From: Mustelus asterias
Lineage: Eukaryota
DNA length: 64,000 nt
NCBI RefSeq assembly: GCF_964213995.1
Contig: NC_135804.1
Span: forward strand, 59,024,001 to 59,088,000
Direction of reading: 5' to 3'
Shown here: positions 12,161-25,522 of the stretch, piece by piece
How positions within the stretch are numbered: position 1 is the first letter of the stretch
Layout: every line of letters begins with the position of its first letter
Notes under the pieces: generated by a model
The model's input: the letters and a program-made list of their open reading frames with translations, nothing else
Told to the model about the DNA's origin: nothing
Databases searched by the model: none
Program-made: the position numbers and the translations under genes

Positions 12161-12530
12161 CCCCCGCCATATCCTTCGATCCCCTTCACCTCAAGTGCTC
12201 TATCTAACTGCTTCTTGAAAACATTCAATGTTTTGGCCTCAACTACTTTCTGTGGTAGCAAATTCCACAGGCTCACCACTCTCTGGGTGAAAAGATTTCT
12301 CCTCATCTCTGTCCTAAATGGTTTACCCTGTATCCTCAGACTGTGACCCTGATTCTGGACACCCTCACCATGAGGAATGTCCTTCTTGCTTCTACTGTGT
12401 CGAGTCCTGATAGAATTTTAAATGTTTCTATGAAAATTCCCCTCATTCTTCTGAACTCCAGTGATTACAACCCTAACCGACTCAATCCCTCCTCATGCGT
12501 CAGTCCCATCATCTCAGGAATGAATCTATG
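12029..12530 (-). mobile_element. CR1-clade LINE 3' fragment with an expanded poly-C tract
   Basis: RRNLFTQRVVSLWNLLP..VVEA peptide, tttctatg tail, and a C-run at ~12129-12159. Confidence 0.85.
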
Positions 12531-13099
12531 AATTGAGGTGGTTCAAGTGGCCTTCATCAGCTGTGTGATTTCTATAATTGGTGAATGTGCAACTCATTAG
12601 GAAAGAGCATCAAAAACCAAATTCTGAAGATGCTGAAAAACTAATAAAGAAAATGCAGTAAATATTCAGCAAGTCAGTTTCATCTGTGGAGAGAGATAAA
12701 GTTAACATTCTCAGGTCAGTGACTTTTCACTTGAACTGGGAAACACTAGAAATGTAATGGGTTTAAAATGAGTGAAAGAGGGGAGGTAGAAAAATAACAA
12801 AACTGATAGTCTATGATAGGTTGGAAAACAGAAGAGATAAAATGCCCAAAGAGTTAGCAGTACAAGGCTACTTGGCCAAACTAAGCAGGTCTGGCTGGAG
12901 GTGGCAGAATACTTGAGCAGCAGGGGTGTGGTCAGAATGACCGAGGGAGTGATAATGGAACAAGTTTTTTAAAAATGGTGTCTATTGGAGGTGTGAATGG
13001 CAGAATGCTGAAAAGAGCTAACGTAAAAGCAAAAGAAAAATGAGTGTGTAACTAAAACCAGCTAAATAAAAGGAAACAAAATGGGTGTACAGATTACCA

Positions 13100-16000
13100 G
13101 GGGCATACATTTTCTCCCATATTCAGGAGCAGCATGATGCCATCTGGCATCACGGCCCCCACTGCGGTCCCACCCATCCTGCTCCTGACACCTCGGGTGA
13201 GTCCTCAGAGGATGCAGGTGAAGGGACCTCCGAGGGTGGCACCTTTTTGGCGTCAGCTTCCACCTCACAACTCAGCTTCCCAGATACTCTCACTTCGGCT
13301 GGTCCAGTTAGTGGTGAGGCTTCTGGATCACTCTCTGGTGAGCACAATACATCTAATAATGTACATCGGGTGGAGGAGGGAACGTCGGAGGCCTCTGGCA
13401 CAGGGGGCCTGCCGGAGGTAAGGACTCAGCTGGCCCCAGACTACATGCTGGGCCTCTGAGATCACTTCTTTCTCAGCTGCTGGAGATGCAGCAACAGAGC
13501 CAGGGAATGCAGAAGGGGCTGACGGCCACACTGGACCAACTGCGAGGCTGCTGGGAGGAGTCCCAAAGCTTTCAGGTTGACCAGTTATTGCCTGTCTTGC
13601 TTGGTTCCCAGGCTAACACTGCACCTGCGGTGAAAAGCCTGAGACAGAGAATCCTCGCCATGAGTGGCAGGTTCCAAGCGATGGCCAAGTCACAGCAGGC
13701 CACAGCGGAGTCCCAGAGGGCCACGGCTGAGTCACAGTGAGCCACAGCTGAGAGACTCAACAGGCTTCTCAAGGTTCTGCGGCCCATGACTGAGAGGCTT
13801 GGGAGTTTGCACGAGACCCAGCGGGACAGCGCTGAGACACAGCGGGCTATGGCAGCAGCACTTGAGAACATGACCCAATCACAGAGGGCCAAGGCTGAGT
13901 GGCTGCAGAGCGTGGCCCAGTCTCAGAGGGCACTTGCTGCCACGATTGATAGGTGGCTCCCAACTCAGGTGGTGATCACAGAGGGCTCGACCACCAGGGG
14001 TAAAATGCAGATGGTCTTCCAGGACTGGTAGGGCTGGCTGACGCTGGAGCTTCTGGAGCTCACTGCAGAAGCACCTCCATCCCATGTAGTGACCCAGGGG
14101 CCCACAGGGAGCAGGAAGGACTCGAGCCCAGGCCTTCCAGCCAGGAGACTGGCTGTGGCTACACCTTCTGACTCCCCTCTTCCTGACACCGGGGCATCTG
14201 AGGCGCAGTGGGATGAAGAGGGTGTCGTGACTACATCCCAGACATCTGGGAGCCGGCCAGGCCCTCTAGGTCCAGGCCCTTCAGAGGAAGCGCATCACAG
14301 GCCAAGGGGCGTGGTAAGCAGCTGGCCCCCTCCACCTCCGATGTATATTCTGGGGGGCACCAAGACATAATGGTAGGCCACGCAATGTTAGGAAGTTGTA
14401 GTTGCACTAAGATGGCACAGGTGAAGGGCACCACTAGTTAGATAGATATTTAAGCACTTTAATGTTTTCTGTTCACATGTTTTTATATTGGTACTTATTA
14501 TTTAGACACTTTTGTTGTCAACAATAAATGTTTTTTCACCAACTGTGACTAATTTGTCTCAGATTTGTCTCTTATAGGAATCCTCCTCCCTTGAGGGTTG
14601 CTGGAGTGATGCTTCATGTTGATGTCAGTTGGGGAGGCCCCTCAGTGCTGTTTCACTGAGAAAATGCAGGCATTGGTATCCCAGAACCTATGAGAGATTA
14701 TCTCCCCTCCTCCACCCCAGTGACCCCGGGGCCCCGTATGGGGGTTTACAGATCCCTTATCCACTACACAGATGTGGGTCCAGGTGTCAGCGTGCATGCG
14801 GAGATCAGGTAGGAGTCAGACTAGATTGCACCAGGACATCATCATAATGGTGCGTTGTCACCACCCTCCTACCCAGGCCCACCATTCTGGTGTTACAATG
14901 TTGCAGGAGATAGTAGGACTTTGTGGAGGAGGGGGGATGGAATCCATGTGCAGAAACACAGGCCCCTAGTGAGCAAAGCGCCTGGTGATCAGAGCCTCCC
15001 TCGCAGCCATTGTGTGCCTGACCCTTGCTGTCAGCCCTCCAGCGCCTGGGTGGTGTTGCTCAGCCTTGTCCTTCTCTTCCTCCTCCTATTCCTCCTCTTC
15101 ATCCTGCTGGGCGTTCTCCTCCCCAGCGACATCTGGTCGATCGGCCTCCACATCCTGCTCCTCCTTCAAAAGGGTCTCCTCGCTGTTGTGCCAGGTTGTG
15201 AAGGGCACAGCACTCCACTACAATGCGGGAAGAAATCAGGGGGCTATATTGTGGGGCCCCGCCAGAGTGGTCCAGGCACCTGAACCACATTTTGAGGAGC
15301 CCTATGCACTTCTCCACTATTGAACAGATGGCAACGTGAGCCTCATTATACCGGGTCTCCGCATCAGTCTCAGGCCTCCACACAGGTGTCATCAGCCAAG
15401 TCCGAAGTGGGTACTCGCTCTCACCCATGAGCCATCCCTGCAGCCTGGGCTCCTCAAAGATCTCCAGTATGTCTGAGCTCCTCAATATGAAGCTATCATG
15501 CACGCTGCCAGGGTGTCTGGCGCAGTGTCTGGGACAGCACGGCAGCACAGTGGTTAGCACTGCTGCTTCACAGCTCCAGGGACCTGGGTTTGATTCCCGG
15601 TTTGGGTCACTGTCTGTGTGGAGTTTGCACATTCTCCTCGTGTCTGCGTGGGTTTCCTCCAGGTGCTCCGGTTTCCTCCTACAGTCCAAAGATGTGCGGG
15701 TTAGGTTGATTGGCCATGCTAAAAAATTGCCCCTTAGTGTCCTGAGATCTGTAGGTTAGAGGGATTAGCGGGTAAATGTGTAGGGATATGGGGGTAGGGC
15801 CTGGGTGGGATTGTGGTCGGTGCAGACTCGATGGGCCAGATGGCCTCTTTCTGCATTGTAGGGTTTCTATTTCTATTTCAGATGTGCATGATGTTCATCT
15901 TTTGGTCACAAACCAATTGCACATTTAGGGAATGGAATCCCTTTCTATTCATGAATCGTCGTGGATTCTGAAGTGGGGCCTAGAAGGCAATGTGTGTGCA

Positions 16001-17271
16001 GTCTATAGCCCCCTGCACATTACATCCCCGCAATGGCTGTGAATCCTGCAGTCCGGGCTTCCTGTTGGGCCTGGTCCAGGTGAAATTTGATATACTGGCC
16101 AGCCCGTGCATACAGGGCATCCATGACCTCCTTCACACAGATGGAGGACGGCTGACTGGGAAATGCCACGTACATCTTCACTGGTGGTCTGGAAGGACCT
16201 GGTAGCATAAAAATTTAATGCGGCCGTCAATTTCACAGTCATCGAGAGTGGGTGCCCCCCTCCCCCCCACCCCGAGGTGCCAGGTCCTGCAACAAGTGAC
16301 ACAGGTTTTGCACTGTCTCCTTTCGGAGCTGGAGCCATCAGCGGCAGGCAATGTCTGACATTTGTTCAGACGACAGTCGTGTGCAGAACTGTTGGGGTCT
16401 CCACTCCCTCCTTCTCCTGCACCCCTTCCCTCTGGGCCACATCCTGAGTCCAGTTGCTGTCGCCCTCTACTCCTGCGAGTGGTAAGGCCTGGGCCTCCTC
16501 TGCCTGCAATTCATCCTCCTGCTCTTCCTCCTCCAGCTCCAGCAGCAACCAAAAAAACAGCAAGATCAATTGGTTGCATTGCAAAAGCCATCTTGTCAGT
16601 CTGAAGGAGGCGGGGGTGCAGATTTGGAGAAGAGGAGAGACAGATGGAGAAGTTAAGGAACGCTGATTACCCCTAGCCCAGCAACACACACTGCCCATAC
16701 TGTCCACCACCGCCCCCCCACCCCACAGACCCCCCAACAACACAACCACCCCATTCCCTCCCAAAGTCCCCCCAGCTACACAGACCCCCCATTCTCCCCC
16801 CACAAACCTCCTCAGCAACACAGCCCCCTCCATCCTTCTCCCAGTAACACACATCCAGAGCTCATGCAGTGGTGACCACATACACTGCTGCTTGAAAAGT
16901 CCTGAGGCTGCAGCACTGCCACTTCAAAGGTTTTCCAGCACCCCCCCCAGCAAAACCTGGAACAGTGTTGCATGCACTAGGACCCAGCAGCATCCCCCAA
17001 GGCCCAAAATCAGTGCTGAGACCCGGGTCCATGCTGAAAATCGGACATCGGACACCGTGATCAGCAAAGCCCCCCCCCACCCCCCCACACACACACACAC
17101 TCGCAGACCCCTTCCCAACCCGAAACGCCACATGGCCGCCACGAAAGGACCCCCTATGAGCAGCACGGAGCCAAACGACGGTAGGCACTTACGTCGTCAC
17201 TAACCCTCACGCCCGACTTTAGCACTTTTTTGCACCCGAAAATGGGTGCAACGGGATGGTAAAATTCTGCC
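13100..17271 (-). mobile_element. PIF/Harbinger DNA transposon (decayed, left end missing)
   Basis: Minus-strand HARBI1-like transposase (~16590 to ~15050) with VKLTAALNFYATRSFQ, VQGAIDCTHIA, NRKGFHSLNVQLVCD, PGSVHDSFIL and VEKCIGLLKMWFRCLD, frameshifted and SINE-interrupted. Convergent plus-strand second ORF at 13127-14370 with heptad repeats and AATAAA at 14523. Right end GGTAAAATTCTGCC. Confidence 0.85.
15533..15877 (+). mobile_element. tRNA-headed SINE inserted in the Harbinger transposase
   Basis: Full head, core and tail. Interrupts the transposase between ...MHI and CARHPGSVHD. Confidence 0.88.
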
Positions 17272-17565
17272 TATGATTCTTGATTGGGACTGGAGAATGG
17301 TTCTTTCAAACTTAATCTGGAATTTAATTTTATCATGATCACATTTTTCCAGATAATCTTTTGCCAATTAAACCTGCCTTATTGCACAATACTAGATCTA
17401 AAATAACTTTTTCCTTAGTTGGTTCCACAATATATTGTTCTAGGAAAAAAGGGTTATTTGCATTGTTGTGATGTGCTTAATAGTGAAAGTAATGGAAATG
17501 TGAATAAATCTTATGGGCCTGCATTTCCCGCCTAGTATTCCATCTAATTATCATGGGATGTCCTT

Positions 17566-18030
17566 GTTTGATTTTGATTTGATTTATTATTGTGACATGT
17601 ATTAACACACAGTGAAAAGTATTGTTTCTTGCACGCTATACAGACAAAACATATTGTTCATAGAGAAGGAAATGAGAGAGTGCAGAATGTAGTGTTACAG
17701 TCATAGCGAGGGTGTAGAGAAAGATCAACTTAATGCAAGGTAAGTCCATTCAAAAGTCTGATAGCAGCAGGGAAGAAGCTGTCCTTGAGTCGGTTGGTAC
17801 GTGACCTCAGACTTTTGTATCTTTTTCCCAACGTAAGAAGGTGGAAGAGAGAATGTCCAGGGTGCGTGGTGTCCTTAACTGCTGACTGCTATGCCGAGGC
17901 AGTGGGAAGTGTAGACTTCAATGAATGGGAGGCTGGTTTGTGTGATGAATTGGGCTACATTCACGACCTTTTGTAGTTCCTTGCGGTCTTGGGCAGAGCA
18001 GGAACCATACCAAGCTGTGATACAACCAGA
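17566..18030 (-). mobile_element. Rex1/Babar-type LINE 3' fragment
   Basis: SVLSGCITAWYGSCSAQDRKELQKVVNVAQ peptide and an AATAAA(TCAAA)n tail on the minus strand. Confidence 0.75.
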
Positions 18031-18142
18031 AAGAACGCTGACAAAGGCTGACCTGTGTGTGGAAGAGGAAAATATTTTATCAGCAGGCAACAGAAAGGAA
18101 GCGGATTAGGAAAATCAAATATATCTTTTTCCTCTGTTTCAG

Positions 18143-18201
18143 ACTGGAATGATGAATTTGGTGGCATTACTTCATACATCGCAAAGGAAGAAGATGAAGA
18201 G
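18143..18201 (+). CDS. OGFOD1: OGFOD1 coding exon (DWNDEFGGITSYIAKEEDEE)
   Basis: tgtttcag acceptor, GAG|gtatgc donor, phase 1-0. Matches W..E.GG.TSYIAK.EDEE. Confidence 0.94.
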
Positions 18202-19625
18202 GTATGCTCCTTGTTTACTGAAGTTCAATTTGAAGTTCGAAAAATAAATAATTTGCATTTATAGGGCGCCTTTCAACATCTCAGGACACCCTAACGCACT
18301 TTACAGTTAATGAAGTAATTCTTAAGGCTAATCACTCGTGTAATTTAGGAAACTCGGCAGCCAATCTGGGCACAGAAACTCCCAAAAATAGCAGTGATAA
18401 TGGCCAGAAATCTTATTTGGCAATTTTGATTGAGGGATAAATATTGACTGGGACACTAGGGAGAACTTCCTTGATATTTTTCAAAGTTGTGCAATGTGAT
18501 CTTTTACGTCCAGCTGAAAAGGCAGTTGGACTCAGTGGAAAGAGAACCCCCTATCATGATGCAGCAGTCCCTCAGTATTGCAATCGTGTGTCTGCCTGGG
18601 GTACCTCTGATGTCAGGTATGACTTTAAGTAGTGAACTTGATGAGGATATTTGAACTGTCAAATGATAAAGAAACCAGTCCAAGGTGAGTCAGGGCAGTA
18701 GGATTGAACAACGTAAATTTAAATCAGCAATCACTACATTTAAAGCAGGTTGGAAGAAAAAGTCTTGATCAAAAATTATTAATATTTAAATTAATTTGTC
18801 ATACAATGGTCATGAAGATTTTGGAACATTTAAAATGCAGTCAAATGCTAGCCTGGGTGATGTGGAGGCCCAAAAGCTTGAGATTTAAGGGCCATGTGTT
18901 CTTTTAGTGTCTTTCTCCTGTGTTAGTTTGTAATTGAAAGGAAATTAATAATCTCAAGCAACTTGGTAATCTAAGTGCAATATCACTTACTTTTAGTCAA
19001 AACATTATGAATTTCATGTTCAGAAATGTCTGGTAGTGACTTGTTCAATAACAGCAGGCATTCCAAAAGCAAACCCATGTATAGCTTTGGTGTGACGCAT
19101 ACTGGGAGACTAAAACTGAGAGTTTCTCCATTTGAGTTGGGGACTGTCAGGCAGCCAGTCAATGACTAGCACTAACAGTGACCGCTGGCAACAAACCCAT
19201 TCTTCCCAAGTGGAGAATTTGGACTAGCATGAAGACTCTGAAAGGAAAGGCTTTACAATATTGATGATGCAATAATCTTTTGGGGTCGCTGAGTAGTGCA
19301 CTTAAATGCACCAAATCCTTAATTGGTGTCTGCAGTAGTGTAGGAAGATACTAAAATTTTCCATATATTGAATTCCTAGATTTAGCAAACTCACTGAAAA
19401 TGGGGCCATGTCATCCTGAGGAGAAACTAAATGAAAGTCTCGTACTCCAATATGAGAAAAGGCTTAAAATGTGGATTGTAAATCACCCAAGACAGCTTTA
19501 CTAAGCTTTTGAGGCTTTTGAGATATCATGTGCCACCCATAATAACCAAAGATAAAGTGTAAATAGGGGTTTGGCAAAGGAAGAAGCGAAGTGAAAACAT
19601 TTTAATGGCTTGTGTTGTATTTCAG

Positions 19626-19787
19626 TTACTTACTCTTTGTCCAGAAGACAACTCCTTGGCCTTGATCTACCGAGATAAAGAAACACTGAAGTTTGTGAAA
19701 CACATTAACCAGCGAAGCATCAGTCTGTGTAAGAATACACAAGAGAGAAAGGGGTTCTGGGACTTTTCGTTTGTGTATAATGAGTGA
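19626..19787 (+). CDS. OGFOD1: OGFOD1 terminal coding exon ([31 protein letters not shown]...[11 protein letters not shown])
   Basis: tatttcag acceptor, phase 0, TGA stop. Matches the OGFOD1 C-terminus. All six exon phases join into one open frame. Candidate ATTAAA signals at ~20060 and ~20094. Confidence 0.95.
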   Translation, partial: LLTLCPEDNSLALIYRDKETLKFVKHINQRSISLCKNTQERKGFWDFSFVYNE

Positions 19788-20694
19788 TGGCACATCTGCT
19801 TTGTGTAACAAAGTCTTTGCATCTGATATGGGATGAAACATCAAAATGTTGAATGATGTGTTCTTACTGATAAAGAGGCTTATGTGGTATGTGCATCTCT
19901 TAAGATCTGATATACAATAGTGGCAGTTAGATCCCCATTGCATTTCGCCTGGGCTGCTTTTGGCTGTGCCAGATGTTTATACATTTGAAGAAAGACTTAT
20001 TTGGTTTGTGAGAGCTTGGTGTTAAATTTGCAATTGCCATAAAGTGTACTGTAATACTAATTAAAATATTTTTGGAACAGTTTTAGTTTTTGAATTAAAA
20101 ACATTTTTGTAATAATTGTGAATCAAACCTTTAATTTTGCTTGTCTCTTTGTTATTTGGTCCCTCTTCACAATCATCTGTCTTCAGCGTGCATGCTATAA
20201 GTTTCTCATAGTGGTACCCTCTAAATTTCAAGCATTTCACAGACTGAATTTGACAGTAGACTACTGCCTTTTACAACTTTTGTAGTGATACACTAATGTG
20301 TTTAATTTGTAATCTTATGATTTTTTGGGCGGTATTTTCTGTTGGTGTTCCCTCCAGTTTATATTATTTTCTCTCCATCTGAGAATTTCTGGTATGTGAG
20401 AGTCCTTGGCTGAGATGTTGGTAGGTGATCTATTGCTAGTCTGCCAATTTTGCTTGGAAGTGGGCTGCTGGGAGGTATGGAGATAGCTGAGGCTACAACT
20501 GCTTCTTTGATTTATTCTACATCAGATATTAGGCATTTATTATGGTGAAATTGATGGTCTCACTCAGGGAAGAGGAAAGATAATTGGTGTGGGAAATATA
20601 AGCAAAAGGAGTTAGTTCTGGAATACAGATTCAGATAAATTATCTGCATCAAACCATGCTGCAGAAAAAATAATTTGCCTGTCCCAGGATGCTT

Positions 20695-22065
20695 GTTTTT
20701 TGTTTATTCATTTATGGGATGTAGATGTTGCTGGTTGGACCAGCATTTATTGCCCACCCTTAGTTGCCTTTGAGAAGGTGGTGATGAGCTGCCTTCTTGA
20801 ACTACTGCAGTCCCTGAGGTGTAGGTACAACCACAGTGCTGTTAGGGTGGGAGGATTTTTACCCAGCGACAATGAAGGAACAGTGATATGTTTCCAAGTC
20901 AAGATGGTGAGTGACTTGGAGGGGAAGCTCCAGGTGTTGGTCTGCCCAGGTTCTGCTGCTCTTGTCCTTCCAGATGGTAGTGGTCATGGGTTTCAAAGGT
21001 GTTGCCTGAGGAAACTTGGTGAGTTCCTGCAGTGCATATTGTAGATGGCACACATGGCTGCCACTCTTTGCTGTGGTAGAGGGATTGAATGTTTGTGGAA
21101 GGGGTAGCAATAAAGCAAGCTGCTTTGTCCTGGATGTGTCAAGTTTCACGAGTGTTGTTGGAACTGCACTCATCCAGGCAAGTGGAGAGTATTCCATTAC
21201 ATTCCTGACTTGTGCCTTGTAGATGTCGGACAGGCTCTGGGGAGTCAGAAGTCTGCAGGATTCCAAGCCTATGACCTGCTCTGGTAGCCACAGTATTTAT
21301 ATGGCCAGTCCAGTTTCTAGTCAAAGCTAACCCCCAGGACATTGATAGTGGGAGTAGTGCCATTGAATGTCAAGGGGCGATGATTAGATTCTCTCTTGTT
21401 GGAGATAGTCATTGCCTAGCACTCGTGTGGCGTGAATGTTACCTGCCACTTGTCAGCCCCAAGCCTGGATATTGTTAGGTCTTGCTGCATTTGGACATGG
21501 ATTGCTCAGGAGTCACGAATGATGAACATTGTGCAGTCATCAGCAAACATCCCCAATTCTGACTTGATGATGTAAGGAAGGTCATTGATGAAGCAGCTAA
21601 AGATGGTTGGGCCGAGGACACTACCCTGAGGAACTTCTGAAGTGATGTCCTGGTGCTGAGATGATTGACCTCCAACCACCACAACCATTTTCCTTTGTGC
21701 CAGGTATGACTCCAATCAGTAAAGGCTTTTCCCCAATTCCCATTGACTCCAGTTTTGCTAGGGCTCCTTGATGCCACACTCAGTCAAATGCTGCCTTGAT
21801 AACAGGCGCAGTCACTTTCAGTTCACCTCTAGCATTCAGCTCTTGTCCATGTTTGAACCAAGGCTGTAATGAAATCAGGAGCTGAGTGACCCTGGTGGAA
21901 CCAAAACTGAGTGTGAGCAAGTTATTGCTGACTAAGTGCTGCCTGATAGTACTGTTGATGACTCCTTCCATCACTTTGCTGATGATTGAGAGTAGACTGA
22001 TGGGGCAGTAATTGGCCAGGTTAGCTTTGTCCTATTTCTTGTGTGCAGGATATACCTGGGCAGTT
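20695..22065 (-). mobile_element. Non-LTR retrotransposon 3' part (CR1/L2 group, distinct family)
   Basis: [20 protein letters not shown]...MFADDCT and IYKAQVRNVMEYSPLAWM, frameshifted. Confidence 0.85.
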
Positions 22066-22240
22066 GTTAGAGCTATCACCTGCACTAGCCTGAAATGATC
22101 CGGATTCGTGATATTCATGGCTGTGGTCATCTTCATAGCCAGTGGCAGTACTTTCATCACTGACTTTGAGATTTCAGGTCTACTTGCATGAGGCAATGTA
22201 TTCCTGTGAGCACCTCCTTCACAAAATGGCAACATTGCAC
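22066..22240 (-). mobile_element. Relic of a Harbinger transposase N-terminus
   Basis: LPLAMKMTTAMN resembles the LPVAVKVTAALN motif, also seen near 16230. Confidence 0.35.
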
Positions 22241-22677
22241 ATACTGTCCTTCAGTGAGGTTGAGGCAAAAGATGTATTCCCTGAAAACTCCATATTTATC
22301 CCTTCTGTTCGATCTATTTGTTTGAGCAGCTTATCCTCCATAATATCTGCTGATTTTCCTTGTCATGTTGGAAGCAAGTGATCTGAACAGAACACTTGAA
22401 GTGAGAATCAAGGTCTTCACCCTGTGCCAGACCTTGTTCTATAGACTTCACCAACTTAAGCAACAGTACAAATCACCAAACATGCCATAGAGTCAGCAAC
22501 AATCTAAAGAAATTGATCAACAACTAACCTGAAAATCGTTGAGTTCTGGTAGGGGGTCCTTCCTATTGCTAAATATGTGTTCAATTGTATTGTAAGAATA
22601 GACATATTGACCTTTGTTAAAAATTATACACACCGATTGAAGTTAAGATCTGCGGACGCTGCTTCAGGTGCTTGATA

Positions 22678-22983
22678 AGTTTAAAGTTTATTTATTAGTG
22701 TCATAAGTAGGCTTACATTAACACTGCAGTGAAGTTACTGTGGAAGTCCTCTAGTCACCACTTTGACGCCTGTTTGGACACACTGAGAGAATTTAGCATA
22801 GCCAATGCTCCTAATCAGCGCATCTTTCAGACTGTGGGAGGAAACCTGAGCACCCGGAGGAAACGCACGCAGACATGAGGAGAGCATGCAGACTTCGAAC
22901 ACACAGTGATCCAAGCTGGGAATTGAACTGGGTCCCTGACACTGTGAGGCAGCAGTGCTAACCACTATGCCACCGTGTCACCC
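22678..22983 (-). mobile_element. tRNA-headed SINE (tail type as at 258-565)
   Basis: Reverse complement of the copy type at 258-565. Confidence 0.85.
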
Positions 22984-25522
22984 CTGAAAGCCTGCAGTGA
23001 TGGTATCACCAAAATGGTGATACCAAATGGGTTGGACTGGAAGTAAACATGAGGTGTGACCAAAATGGCACCAGTAGCACTGCAAAAACAGATGTTTTAG
23101 AGTCGAATTTTGCAGCTACAGACTTATGGATGTGTCGCTAAAACGAGACTTCATCTACCTATTCAGGTAGACATAAGGAATTTTGTCGCAAAATTTAAAA
23201 TGTGAAAAAGTGATTGGAGGGGGGTGGAGGTGAGGGTTCTCCCTGTGTCTTTGCTAACATTTATCCCTCAACCAATTAAAACGACCTAAAACAGATTATC
23301 TGGTCATTCATCTAATTACGATTTGTAGGACCTTACGGTGTATATCTTGACTGCCATGTTTGCCTGCAAAACAACAGTAAATAAACCTCAAAAAGTAATT
23401 CATATAAGGTGCTTTGTTATGTCCTTTGGATGATAAATCTGCATTAACATGCACTTTTGAAAAAAAAAATCACATCAAGAATGGTATAAATAATATAGGC
23501 TGAAACCTTGGATTAATTTAAGAATCAGTTGGTTGATTTGATTGGAGGATGGTAGCACCTTTTTGGATAGTTAAGCTAAGATGGACCAAATCATTCAACT
23601 TGTCTGTATCTAGCTTGTGAACAGCATTTCTTTCTCTAAGAGCACTATCTTAGTCTCTTAACGTGACTAAACAATGTTTGGGTAGTTTGTGCTTCAAATT
23701 CAGAGTTGTGTTATAATTGCAGAAATTAATTTTACAAGCAATCTTTATCTTTAAAATGGTATTACATTGACCCAATCACCTTGTGTAAGTCAAATAGGGT
23801 ACTTAAAGGTTAAAGGCCATTCTCATTATGTACCTAATTTCCTCCTTTCTATTTTAATTTTAATGGAAAAACCTCTCTGCTTTGAATTGGGATCATGCTG
23901 GGAGACTGTGATATATCACACATGCTGGGTAATGTATTTCCTGTTTGTTATTATTTCCTGGAACATGGTTTTGATCAGTTTGGGGAGGAATTTCAGGGAT
24001 TTTTTTTTCCATGAGTTGCCCTACTTATATTTACATCTATTTCTCACATTTCTTTGGTGAATTGTTTTCTTTTGATGTGATAAGAAGCATTGGAGTTGAC
24101 ATTGCTTAGTTAGCAACATGTCTTATTGTGATAGACCCTGATGGTTCCAACTGTGCACTAAAGACAATGCTACCTGGAGAGAATTGACCATTCCAGGTAC
24201 TGGCTGAGTATCTAACTCCCTCTCACAGTTCGCTCCATTATCCCACTACCTTAGCATTACATAGAATTTACACCACAGGAACATGCCATTTTGTCCGACA
24301 GATCTATTGTGTTGCAAACGTGAATCTCCTTCTCAGCTTCCTCCATCTCACCAGCACCCCATTACCAGATCCTCCTTTTTCTTCTTCCCTCATAATTATC
24401 TAGCTTCACCTTAACAGTAATCTTTACATAGGTTTGAGTATTCCCATTTAGTTTCTGCTCAGATGGAGAATGGCCATGAATTATCTTGGATAAGGGAGGC
24501 TAGTAAATTGAGAAGCTAAAAATGAAAGGAGATTATGGTTAGGCTTCCGACATTCTCTCCTAACATATTCACACTAATCAACTCCAACACTGGCCTTAAA
24601 GTAGCATCCAACTGCAATTGCTTGAAAACTGGAAGAAGAGCGGGTGGCACAGGAAATAATGGATAAATCAGCGAACACTGAAAATGAAAAATGAGCTTGA
24701 TGTTTCGCCTCTTATTTTTCAGCTGTTCCCAGTAACCAGGTATGCAGACTTTTTAACCTATGAACTGCCTCCCTATAACAGGCATTTGTGATCCTGATTA
24801 ATTTTATTGTGGCTCTCCTCTTTTCTTGCTGAGGTATCTCTTCCAACCCATTTCCAATAGAATTACTTCCCAGCTTTTCTGATTACTGATTGGCACGCTG
24901 TGTAATACAGACTATTTTTGTTCATTTACCAAACAGTGAACATTGAATTGTCTGGGGCTCTTGAGAAGGCTGAGTGCCTCCTGCCCCATGCCCCAGACAG
25001 AGAGGATCCCTGAACGGCTGCACTGCATTTCTCTAACCTGGCCCAAGCAGGAAGGTCAGGCGAGAAATGAGCCCGTGCCTTTTAGTTTAATAGGAGGGGA
25101 GCGGAGGGCAATCTGACTCTGCCAGCCACTTCTGTGCCGAAGGACCTGTTTCTGAGTTGTCCCCCTTCGCCATGGCCAAGGCACTGAAACCGTTAATGTA
25201 GCAACGATGATAGATAAATCTGAGAATTGCTCTCCCTGAAATCCCCCTATTGGGGGAATCTTTAAATGAACAAATGAAATGCATTTGGCTTGCTATGGGG
25301 CTGGGGCAGGGGCATTGGGGCACAGAGTGGTTGGCGTACTCTGCCTGGTTCATGCTTAACCCCTGCATCATAGGAATGCTTGCAAGAGCGAGGGTGTTGA
25401 GTTTTTAGATGAAATATGAGTTCCAGAGTTATTAAGGAAGTGAGATGGTTGGAGGGAGCTCTTTTGCGTTTAGCTTGTGTGGAGCTGTGAGTGTAGCAGC
25501 CAAGTTTGTGTGTGTGATCAGA

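Noticed and set aside
12112-12306. Poly-Gly protein ORF and similar Gly/Pro-rich ORFs at 48500-50200
   Set aside because: These are translations of homopolymer runs and GC-rich MITE bodies.
15099-15689. Host HARBI1 gene
   Set aside because: The ORF is a SINE-transposase chimera. The transposase is frameshifted and lies within a TIR-ended transposon.
23001-23025. Small perfect hairpin TGGTATCACCA-AAA-TGGTGATACCA
   Set aside because: It is an isolated 11-bp stem with no supporting context, most likely a local template-switch event.
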